This document shows, piece after piece, positions 8,954-17,801 of a stretch of 64,000 nt of DNA. How positions within the stretch are numbered: position 1 is the first letter of the stretch; each line of letters opens with the position of its first letter. Position numbers and translations under genes: made by a program. This DNA is from an uncultured Phycisphaerales bacterium (GTDB lineage Bacteria > Planctomycetota > Phycisphaerae > Sedimentisphaerales > Anaerobacaceae), in assembly GCA_963760535.1 (NCBI GenBank), contig CAVXEF010000026.1:18416-82415 (forward strand), in the 5' to 3' direction. The notes below the pieces were generated by a model, which saw only the letters and a list, made by a program, of their open reading frames with translations, did no database searches and had not been told where the DNA came from.

Positions 8954-10688
8954 TTGACCTCAGGATTAGATGAAAAGTTGAAAAGCACTCGCATTATTAT
9001 TGTCCTTTTTGTCCTTCTGATTGCGGCGTTCTTGGCGCTGATGGGGCGGTGCTTCTATCTGCAGTATTTTTCCGGCGACCACTATTCTTTAGTTTGTACA
9101 AACCAGCAGCAAAGCCGCACAACTCAAAAACCTCAGCGAGGAGTGATTCTCGACTGCAGAGGCAGGGTTCTTGCGGCGAGCAATAAAATACAGACCATCT
9201 TTGCCGAGCCTCGAATTATAGAAGACCCTATGCAAGTATCCAGCAGACTCGGACCGGTCCTCGGTATGCCTGCGAACAAAATCTGCAAAATTATCACGGA
9301 AAGCAACAATCCCGGCTTTGCGAAAATCAAGGTTGGTGCTCTTCCCAGCCGGTGCAGTGCCGCTGAGAAAATCTATGGTATCGGCGTTCAATCGGACTGG
9401 CAGCGATATTACCCTGCTGGAGCTCTAACCAGCCACATTGTCGGCTTTACGAGCGCCGACAACAGCAGGTCTGGAGGGCATAGAGCTGCAATACGACAAG
9501 GAACTTGCCGGCTCTGCCGGCGAAAACATATTTCTTGCCGACGCGCTTCGCCGACCCATTCAATTGAGACAGCAAAAAAGCATACTGGAGGACGGACTTG
9601 GTGTTATCCTGACCATCGACGCTACAATCCAGCAGTTCACACGGGCTGAACTGCTTGAGCAATATGAAAGCTACGAGGCTGAGTCGGCTGTGGCAATAGT
9701 GGCCCAGCCAAAGACAGGTGCGATTCTGGCTATGGTGTCACTGCCCGATTTTGACCCCAATAAAATCCGCACAACCAATCCGAATAATCTTTGCAATCTG
9801 GCAATAACAAGCCAGTTTGAGCCGGGCAGTATCATAAAACCGATTGTTGCCGCAATAGCACTCGATGCCGGCGCCGTTAACCGGAACGAAGAAATATTCT
9901 GCGAAAACGGCAGCTACCACGGCAAAGGTTTCGGCAGCATCGGCGAATATGCAAAACACGCGTACGGCAATCTGACCGTGCGGGAGATTCTGGTTAAATC
10001 CAGCAACATCGGAATGGCCAAAATCGGACAAAAACTCGGCAAAGACAGATTGTATGAGGGTCTGGAACGCTTCGGGTTCGGCAGAAAAACCGGAATAGAT
10101 TTGCCCGGTGAAGCCGAGGGCCTCTTACGGCCGGCGGATAAATGGACGGGATACAGCGTAACAAGAATACCATTTGGGCAGGAAATTTCCACAACCACGA
10201 TTCAATTGCTCAGGGCCTTCTGCATCCTCGCCAACGGCGGACATCCCGTTCGCCCATTTGTAGTAAGGGCAACGGTCGACAGCACAGGACAGGTTACAAA
10301 GTTGAAACAACCACCGCCAGGTGTGGGTTTTGTAGTTAAGCCGGAAGTCGCCAAATGGATTGTCGAAGACGCCCTTGTCGGAGTGGTTAATGAAGGCACC
10401 GGACGCAAAGCCAAACTGGAAAAATGGCAGCTGTTCGGCAAAACAGGAACTGCCAACATCGCAAAAAGCAATGGGCAGGGTTATTCGGAGGATGACTACA
10501 TCGCCTCGTTTGTAGCAGGGGCACCGGTCGAAGAGCCGAAGGTGGTGGTCCTGGTTTCGATTCGAAAGCCGAACAAACATCTCGGCAAAGGTTATGCCGG
10601 CGGAGAAGTCGCAGCCCCCGTAGCTGCCAGAATAATCGAAAAGACCCTAAACTACCTCGAACGATACGAAGTTAATGGCTCTCCGTAA
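8954..10688 (+). CDS. ftsI: penicillin-binding protein 3-type peptidoglycan D,D-transpeptidase (apparent frameshift near 9465)
   Basis: ORFs 8954..9649 and 9438..10688 join as ...LTSHIVGFTSADNS|GLEGIELQYDKELAG.... Also has an N-terminal TM helix, SxxK as PGSIIKP, SSN, and KTGTA. Confidence 0.85.
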
Positions 10689-10701
10689 CAGCACCACAAC
10701 C

Positions 10702-10730
10702 GGTTTGAAAAATCCGCACTTGTTCAAACC
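10702..10730. terminator. hairpin between convergent ftsI and membrane-protein gene
   Basis: GGTTTGAA (10702-10709) pairs with TTCAAACC (10723-10730) around a 13-nt loop, followed by TTCTT. The only support is its placement between two convergent stop codons. Confidence 0.3.
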
Positions 10731-10733
10731 TTC

Positions 10734-11451
10734 TTAAAATTTCCGCTCATCCGGCAAAGGTTTCGTATCAGGCTCAGCAGATGGTACCGCGATACCGAAT
10801 TCAGCCAGTTCGGGAGTCTGTGCCGACAACTGGCGATATACGAGTGCACTCGCTACCAAGACCGTTGGATATGTTGCAAATACGCCAACAAGAAGACAAA
10901 GCATACCAAGGAGATTTATCAAGGCGCACAAAATGCCAAAGCCAAATAATTGCCATTTGACGCCCATCGTCGTTCGGCTGCTGGCCTTGAGCGCCTCAAT
11001 GGGGCCAAGGCCTTTATCAATGACAAAGTAATAACATAGACTGAATTTTACCGCCCATACGATGCCCGGCACAATAAGCAGGATAAGTCCACCCAATATA
11101 ATAAGGCCGTAAAGGATTGAAGCCCCTACATACCGCCAGAAACAATCCCACGCATCAAATAAAGTGGCAAACGACGGTTTTTGCTCATCGCAAAAGCTAA
11201 GGGCTATTTTGATGAGGCCTATCATTACAACAATGTGAATCACCCATCCCAAAACCCGTAATAGAATCTGCCAATGTGACGTCGGATGCCTTAGGCAAAT
11301 GCAGACTCTTCACCACGACTCTGGCAATGAGGGGCAAATAGATGACTATCAGAAAGACAAAACCCATACCCACAAAGAACCAAAGATTGGCCTTCATCAC
11401 GCCCCAGCCGTAGCTCAACACGTCGCTGAAGTTAAAATATTTACGTGCCAT
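10734..11451 (-). CDS. DUF975-like polytopic membrane protein (apparent frameshift near 11249)
   Basis: ORFs 11197..11451 and 10734..11252 join as ...LADSITGFG|WVIHIVVMIGLIKIAL if one G of a GGG run is removed. Confidence 0.55.
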
Positions 11452-11613
11452 TCACGTTCTCCTTTCGATTTACGATTTGGCTAATAGCAAAATTCCGCCA
11501 TACTCCTGCGACACATAATAGGTTATTAGCTGATATCTGCCAGAATATTTTGTCGCTTTTTCTAAATCCGCCTACGCGATAAAGGTTTCACAATTTTATA
11601 AGCCTCTGGCTTA

Positions 11614-13775
11614 TTATTCCGAATGCATGGGTTTGCCTATGTATCCCGCTTCGATGCAGAACTGGATGATGTTACGCGCCAAAGGAGCGGCATCTCTGGG
11701 GCCTGATTGGCCGCCTTCAACAACTACAGCGATAGCAATACTGCGGCGCTGGGTATCTTCGGCAAAGCCTGCGAACCAGGCGCTGTCGGGCTTTTCCGTC
11801 GAGCCGGTTTTGCCATAAACCTTGACGGCCTGCCCGCCAAAGTTGGCGTAGGCGAACGGACTGTAAGCTGTTCCGCCCGGCTCATTGACCACAGCACTCA
11901 TACCATCACGGACAACCTCCAAAGTATGCGGTGAGATACCGAGGGCGATTTCGTCGCTCGTTGCTCGTCGCTCGTCGCTCGTATCATTAGGTGTAAGGAA
12001 AAGCCGAGGTAATTTATATACTCCACCCCTTGCGATTGCGGCAAAGGCGTTAGCGACCTGTAAAGCCGTAACGCGCAAATTTCCCTGGCCTATCCCGAAA
12101 TACCTCCTTTCGCCTTTCTCAAGAGATGGGACTTGCTCAAAACTCGTGACAGCGCCTTGCGGATTTACGTTTGAGATTACTCCTTGCGCCTGTCGTAATT
12201 CCCGTGGCCCGTGACCCGTGGCTCGTGACTCGTTTGAGTCATTTAGCCATGACGGCGAAAGTTGGATTTGGTGGCCGTAGCCGAATTTGAACAGCCATTG
12301 TTGCAAAACCTTCGGGTCAATTCTGTCGGCAAGACGAGAAAAATAGATATTACAACTACCCTTGATGGCGTTGCGAGCATTGTTCGGCCATTCGTTGTCG
12401 TGACAACTGCCAGGGTATCTAATATACAACCAGCAACTTGGCCAGCCCTGCGGCGCTTTTTGAGCGGGACAGCTGATAATCTCATCAGGAGTGATTTTGC
12501 CGTCTTCGAGGCCGGCGATAAGAATTACAGGTTTTATGGCCGAGCCGGGCGGATAGGATTTGTTCAGTGCCCGGTTTATCATAGGCGTATTGGGGGCACT
12601 GCTGATATTTCCGTAGTTATATCGCGCATAATTTAAATCGAAAGTCGGCGTTGAAACCATCGCCAAAATATCACCTTTTTCGACACTAATAACGACAGCC
12701 GATGTCGGCATTTTGCAGTTGGGATTGAGATTGCAGCCAAGAAGGTAATCTTCTATTTTCTTCTGCAGCTCGATATCGAGCGTAAGCGTAACATCTTTGC
12801 CGAGCTGAGTCTCGGTCTTACTTATGAGACTGCGGTCGAGGTCGTAAATTTCCTCGCCGCGTCGGCCTCGAAGAACGGTTTCACACACATATTCTGCGCC
12901 ATCCTCGCGTCCGCACACCTCATTATCCAAATATCTCGCCAATCTGTCGTCTGCGAAGAGCTTTTTATCCTCTTCCTGTGTGGCCGGCCCGACCCAGCCG
13001 ATTGTCTGAGCGGCAACACTGCCGTGAGGATAAACCCTCTCTGCTTCGGGAAGAATCTGAACACCGTCAGTGTGCATAAATTCAAACTGCGCAGTAAAGA
13101 CATCATCATCGGTTTTCAGCTCCAATAGTGGTTCGGCGGCGTCCATCTCTGCGATGTCATCGACCCTGCCGACAAGTAAAAGACGCTTCTCTTCGCTCGG
13201 AAATCTGGTTTCAAAATCCTCGATAACTTCCGAAAGAGGAATATGACTTATTCTGCCTTCATATTTTTGTATTATATTTGGGTCAGGGTCGTTTCTTCTC
13301 CAAGCAACAAATGTCCGCAGATTCCAGATATTGTCATTTATGCTTCTGATTTTGGTCTCGATATCCGCCCGCTCGAGGCCAAAATATGTACATTTATCGA
13401 TAATCTGCTGGATGTTTTCCAAGCCGGTTTCTATCGCCTCTTTGGCCTTGGCCTCGGCAGCAGCGTTAGACTTTTGCGCCGCTTTGAGCAGCTCGGCCCT
13501 TCGAACGCGCGGGTCGGCAAAACGGCTGAGCCGGTAGTTTATGTATAGTTGGAATCGCAGCTCATCAAACGCCAGAAGTCTGCCTTTATTGTCGAATATT
13601 CTGCCTCTGACGGTTTTTAACTGTCGAGACCGGCCGCCACTGAGTTTCAATTGTGCTATTTCGTCCTGAACGGACGAGCTGGGCAATAGCTGCATCTGCA
13701 CCAGCCGGAGCAGAAGAATCAGTAAAAACAGGACACTTGCGCCAACAAAGATTTTGATTCGCCTGCTTATACATC
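11614..13775 (-). CDS. mrdA: penicillin-binding protein 2 (elongasome transpeptidase); N-terminal frameshift near 13753
   Basis: 695-aa ORF with SAIKP (SxxK) and KTGST, lying downstream of mreBCD. The TM anchor IFVGASVLFLLILLLRLVQ lies in frame upstream of the tracked start. The only ATG (13775, MYKQANQ) is one frame off across an A/T run. Confidence 0.85.
11947..11988. repeat. heptanucleotide tandem array, unit TCGCTCG (4 good + 2 degenerate units), inside mrdA
   Basis: Units read directly: gatttcg TCGCTCG TTGCTCG TCGCTCG TCGCTCG tatcatt. Translated on the minus strand as TSDERRATSDE. Confidence 0.7.
12202..12236. repeat. heptanucleotide tandem array, unit CCGTGRC (4-5 units), inside mrdA
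   Basis: CCGTGGC CCGTGAC CCGTGGC TCGTGAC TCGTTTG. Translated on the minus strand as ESRATGHGPRE. Confidence 0.7.
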
Positions 13776-13800
13776 GTAACTTCTTGCCACAGGATGCGAA

Positions 13801-14343
13801 TTACTGATGGCTGAAACGATGTGTATTTATATGCATCCACCAAGCTGAGGGCAAGAACAAAAACGGCCCCACTATCGCCGAGTACAGCGATGTCCAAAAA
13901 AGAACGGTTCCGCCGATGCTGTCTGCCACCGCAGAACCTTTCAGAAATGTTAAAAGATGCGCCAAAGTCCCGGCCAAAAGAGACGTAATGAATATCGCAG
14001 CAAACTGATAAGGCATTTTCCTGATGGCGACAGCACGGTGCAGATATGCAAGCAAAGTGCCGAACAAACCGAAGCTGATTGTATAAGGCCCCATCGTACA
14101 GCCGATGATATCAGCCGCAAAACCTATTACGAAAGAGGTTATAATCGCCTCGGTGGTCCTGCAATAAATCGCAAAAAACACAAGAAGGACCAGCAACAGG
14201 TCAGGCTTGACATTCAAACCCGCCAGTGCGCTGGCCTGCAAAACGGCAACAAGCAGAACAAAAACACCAAAACGGAGCCACCACTGCACCTGAATATCCT
14301 CCCCAGATACCTTCTTTGCTGCACAAAACAGTCGGCCTTCCAC
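13801..14343 (-). CDS. mreD: rod shape-determining protein MreD
   Basis: 180-aa polytopic membrane protein between mreC and mrdA. Its GTG start overlaps the mreC stop (TAGTG). Confidence 0.7.
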   Translation of the reverse strand: MEGRLFCAAKKVSGEDIQVQWWLRFGVFVLLVAVLQASALAGLNVKPDLLLVLLVFFAIYCRTTEAIITSFVIGFAADIIGCTMGPYTISFGLFGTLLAYLHRAVAIRKMPYQFAAIFITSLLAGTLAHLLTFLKGSAVADSIGGTVLFWTSLYSAIVGPFLFLPSAWWMHINTHRFSHQ

Positions 14344-15134
14344 TACTGCGGATTCATTATGATAACAGCCACGTTCTCCAGAGCTTGCGTATTACACGAA
14401 GGTTTGACCGTTATATCCCACAGCAAGGGATGCTCTTTGTCGGTTTTGCAGTCGGTTACTTTCCCTATAATCATCGCTCCATCGAGCAAGCCGGCGGTTT
14501 TTTGAGCGAAGACCCCATCACCTACTTTTACTTTGTGCTCTTTGGAAAGCAACCGTATCTTCGCTGAGTTATTGCCGGCCCCCTGCATAATCCTCTTTAT
14601 GTTTGATTCCGCTAATTTGATTTCAACTTTTGAAGCCGGGTCGGTAAACAACCTGACCTTCGCCGTTCGAGAACCGGCCTCGGATACGGTCCCGATAACA
14701 TTATTAAGCCCGAGAATATATTGCCCTTTGGCTATGCCGTCGTTGCGGCCGCGGTTGATAATAAGTTCGCCTTTGGAGTCGTTAATCGCGGCTGTAATCA
14801 CATCAGCAACCACCAATTTTGCGCCTTCAAATATGCGTCTATTGCGCAATCCCGATAGTTGTTCAACCTGTTGACGTTCCTGCCAAAGCTCTTCTTCGAG
14901 GTTAGCGATGTAGTTCTGATACTGCTGCTCTGTCGATTTGTCTGTGAGCGGCTGCTGGCGGTGCGCTGCCAGTGAAACGCTTCTGCCGAAGCCCAGGGGC
15001 CAGCGAAAAATACGAGCAAAGCCGAACTGAAGCTTATTCGTCAGACTGTGAGGGGTAAACAGTAAAATGAGTCCGCCCAACATAAACCAGGTAAACAACA
15101 TCCGTCGGGAGACTTTAAATTGCTTCCTTGCCAT
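14343..15134 (-). CDS. mreC: rod shape-determining protein MreC
   Basis: 263 aa with an N-terminal TM helix, a coiled-coil (NLEEELWQERQQVEQL) and a beta-rich C-terminal domain, between mreB and mreD. Confidence 0.8.
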   Translation of the reverse strand: MARKQFKVSRRMLFTWFMLGGLILLFTPHSLTNKLQFGFARIFRWPLGFGRSVSLAAHRQQPLTDKSTEQQYQNYIANLEEELWQERQQVEQLSGLRNRRIFEGAKLVVADVITAAINDSKGELIINRGRNDGIAKGQYILGLNNVIGTVSEAGSRTAKVRLFTDPASKVEIKLAESNIKRIMQGAGNNSAKIRLLSKEHKVKVGDGVFAQKTAGLLDGAMIIGKVTDCKTDKEHPLLWDITVKPSCNTQALENVAVIIMNPQ

Positions 15135-15181
15135 GATTTGCGTGTTGTTGCTTAGATGTCACACATAAGAGAAAAGGCTCA

Positions 15182-16234
15182 CTACCATCCATATTCGCTA
15201 TGGTCCATTGTGTCCTTCCAAAGCTCCAGGTTCTCGAGGTAGACACTGGTACCGCGAGCGACGGCGCTGAGGGGGTCCTCGACCCTTTCGACTTTTAATC
15301 CAGTTGCGTTGGCCAGGACCGTATCCATCCCGCGCAGCAGCGCTCCGCCGCCACAGATATGGATACCGTTGTCAATCAAATCGGCAGCAAGCTCAGGCTC
15401 AGCCTTTTCGAGTGTCCGCGTGACCGCATCTATAATCGCAGCTATCGGTTCACGCAGGGCCTCCCGGATTTCCTCGCTTGTTATGACGATTTTCCTCGGC
15501 AGCCCTGATATAGTGTCCCTGCCCGCCACCTCCACCGTCAGTTCCTCTTCCAGCGGAGCAGCGGAGCCGATTTGTATCTTGACCTTTTCCGCTCTTGGTT
15601 CGCCGATAAGCAGGTTGTATGTTCTTTTGAGGTGATTGATGATTGCCTCGTCCATATCGTCACCAGCGACACGTATCGATTCACACGTGGCGATGTCAGC
15701 GAGACTCATTATGGCCACTTCTGTGGTGCCGCCGCCGATATCGACAATCATCGAGGCGGTAGGTTCGGTTATCGGCAGCCCCGCACCGATACCGGCAGCC
15801 ATTGGCTCATCAACAAGATAGACCTTGCGAGCCCCTGCCCGCTCGGCACTGTCGATGACGGCCCGGCGTTCGACAGCCGTTATGCCGCTCGGAACAGCAA
15901 TTACAACTCGCGGCCGTATCAAACTGCCTCTGCCATGAACCTTCCTGATAAAATAACTGAGCATCTTCTCGGTAATCTCGAAGTCGCTGATTACACCGTC
16001 CTTAAGGGGCCTTATCGCGCTGATTGAGCCGGGCGTTTTGCCAAGCATTTCCCGCGCGACCAGACCCACAGCCTCACCATTATTGAGCACAATATTGGTC
16101 CCTTTGCGGACGGCTACTACGGAAGGCTCGTTGAGGACAATGCCTTTATCCCGGACACAGACCAGGGTCGTACAGGTACCCAGGTCGATACCCATATCCA
16201 TGCTAAACCAGCCTAAAATCGTGTCCAGCAACAC
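15182..16234 (-). CDS. mreB: rod shape-determining actin homologue MreB
   Basis: DMGIDLGTCTTLVC...VIAVPSGITAVERRAV...DIGGGTTEVAI...ICGGGALLRGMD motifs; GTG start. Confidence 0.95.
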   Translation of the reverse strand: MLLDTILGWFSMDMGIDLGTCTTLVCVRDKGIVLNEPSVVAVRKGTNIVLNNGEAVGLVAREMLGKTPGSISAIRPLKDGVISDFEITEKMLSYFIRKVHGRGSLIRPRVVIAVPSGITAVERRAVIDSAERAGARKVYLVDEPMAAGIGAGLPITEPTASMIVDIGGGTTEVAIMSLADIATCESIRVAGDDMDEAIINHLKRTYNLLIGEPRAEKVKIQIGSAAPLEEELTVEVAGRDTISGLPRKIVITSEEIREALREPIAAIIDAVTRTLEKAEPELAADLIDNGIHICGGGALLRGMDTVLANATGLKVERVEDPLSAVARGTSVYLENLELWKDTMDHSEYGW

Positions 16235-16380
16235 CTTCGACTTCCCTTCCGCCTTCGCGGAGCGACCGTAGCTTCGGCGGAGGCGCTTCGATTATCACCG
16301 ACCACTTTTATACAGCTATACAACCAAAAATCGGAATTGTCAATGGTGAATCTTGCCCACCATCCGTGTGGCGGGTAAAG

Positions 16381-16539
16381 CTATGGAATTTTGAAGATTG
16401 TACTGTACTGAGAATAGCACATATAGGCAACGAACGCGGCTGAAGCCGCCACAGCACCGAGCGCCAAGGCAAGAATGACGGTATAAAGATTACTGGGTGC
16501 CGTCACCTTTCCACCACGGCCCTGCCCCTCAGGACTCAT
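16381..16539 (-). CDS. possible 52-aa single-pass membrane micro-protein
   Basis: Own translation: MSPEGQGRGGKVTAPSNLYTVILALALGAVAASAAFVAYMCYSQYSTIFKIP*. It is below the ORF-track length cutoff and lies between the coiled-coil gene and mreB on the same strand. No homology evidence. Confidence 0.3.
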   Translation of the reverse strand: MSPEGQGRGGKVTAPSNLYTVILALALGAVAASAAFVAYMCYSQYSTIFKIP

Positions 16540-16555
16540 ACGTCAGCCTCACATT

Positions 16556-16610
16556 TTGGTAACTGGTAATTGGTGAATGGTAACCATTTAACCAGTTACC
16601 ATTTAACCAG
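16556..16610. repeat. hairpin-forming heptamer array (TGGTAAC units followed by complementary GTTACCA-type units)
   Basis: TGGTAAC TGGTAAT TGGTGAA TGGTAAC | CATTTAA CCAGTTA CCATTTA ACCAGTT. TGGTAACTGGT occurs in the left arm and in the reverse complement of the right arm. It starts directly after the stop codon at 16611-16613. Confidence 0.7.
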
Positions 16611-17516
16611 TTATAAATTAGTAGAAACACTATCACCAACCTTGGGCTGCTTGCTCACCAAGTCGAGCAAACCAACAGCTTTCTCGGCCTCGACGTCATA
16701 AATCAAAATATCACAAATGAACTCTTCACCACGGGTAACGTAAAACTTCATTCCTTCCTTTACACCATCCGCCGCGCCGACAGATATTTCAACCAGAGAA
16801 TTCGCCAAATCAACATCTGTCACCGAGCCTTTAAGGCTTATCTGCGCGGTGGCGGGTTCAGCAGGCCTAACTTTCGATATCTGCGGCGTTACCGGCACCG
16901 CGCCGACAACAGTCTTACCTGCCGGCCGAAGGAGATTATCCAACTTGGTCTGCAATTCGGTCTTCTCTTCGAGCAGACGCTTGTTATCTGTCTGCAACTG
17001 CTCTATTATGGCCATTTTTTCAACCAACTGTGCTGTAGTTTCACTTAGCTCTTTGCGATGTTTGATTTCTTCAGACTGGACACGCTTGAGCTCATCGAGC
17101 GTATTTTGCAACAGTGTCCCCTGCTTATCGTTGGTTGTGTAGAAATCCTTCGTTATACTTGTCCAGCTCTCCACCTGAGCAAGCAGCGACGCCCTTTCCC
17201 TATCAATATTCCCGATGTCGCCTTCCAGCTTGTCAATCTTCGCCTTAAGCGAGGCAATCTCACTTCTAAGTTTGTCTTCAAGCTGCTGCTTTTCACCGAT
17301 ATACTTATTTGCCTCGTCGGTCTTGGCCTTTAATTTTTTTTCAGAGGCGTCCCTGTCGGATTTTATATCGGCGTACTTTCCCCTGTAATTATCGGCGTTG
17401 GCAACGTAGGTTACGACAATACCGCAAAGAAATATAGAAGACAGTGTCAGCAGCACTATCAGAATCTTTGTAAGTGTGTTCAAAATCAGCTTCCTTTGCT
17501 TAATCAGGTTGGTCAT
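16611..17516 (-). CDS. bitopic coiled-coil protein (N-terminal TM, ~200-aa coiled coil, small C-terminal beta domain)
   Basis: TM segment ILIVLLTLSSIFLCGIVVTYV, then heptad-rich K/E/L sequence (KQQLEDKLRSEIASLKAKIDKLEGDIGNIDRERASLLAQVE...). First gene of the co-directional mreBCD-mrdA block. Confidence 0.6.
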   Translation of the reverse strand: MTNLIKQRKLILNTLTKILIVLLTLSSIFLCGIVVTYVANADNYRGKYADIKSDRDASEKKLKAKTDEANKYIGEKQQLEDKLRSEIASLKAKIDKLEGDIGNIDRERASLLAQVESWTSITKDFYTTNDKQGTLLQNTLDELKRVQSEEIKHRKELSETTAQLVEKMAIIEQLQTDNKRLLEEKTELQTKLDNLLRPAGKTVVGAVPVTPQISKVRPAEPATAQISLKGSVTDVDLANSLVEISVGAADGVKEGMKFYVTRGEEFICDILIYDVEAEKAVGLLDLVSKQPKVGDSVSTNL

Positions 17517-17719
17517 GAGGTCAAACCTATGAAACCCGAACCACTTAACCCACGAATTATACTGCGCCGTATGACAGTATGCAACCGAATAATCTAATTT
17601 CCAGTCCCAGACAGGTCAAGTTATTTTTGCGCTGCCATTCGCTATTTTTCGTGAAACTGTATTGTCCCGGACAAAATATCAACCCTAACCGACGTGGCTT
17701 CGCCGAAGGCGAGCAGCCA

Positions 17720-17801
17720 TCCAGCACCAATTGAACCCGAATTGAGAATGCCGTTCTCGTTCGTGGGCAGTATCTTTCACTGGCGGCCAATTGGTGCTGG
17801 A
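17720..17801. mobile_element. MITE-like palindromic element, copy A (80-82 bp, TIR TCCAGCACCAATTG)
   Basis: Perfect terminal inverted repeats CCAGCACCAATTG (17721-17733) and CAATTGGTGCTGG (17788-17800). Identical to copy B at 77 of 80 positions. It forms the last codons and the stop of the HEAT gene. Confidence 0.7.
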
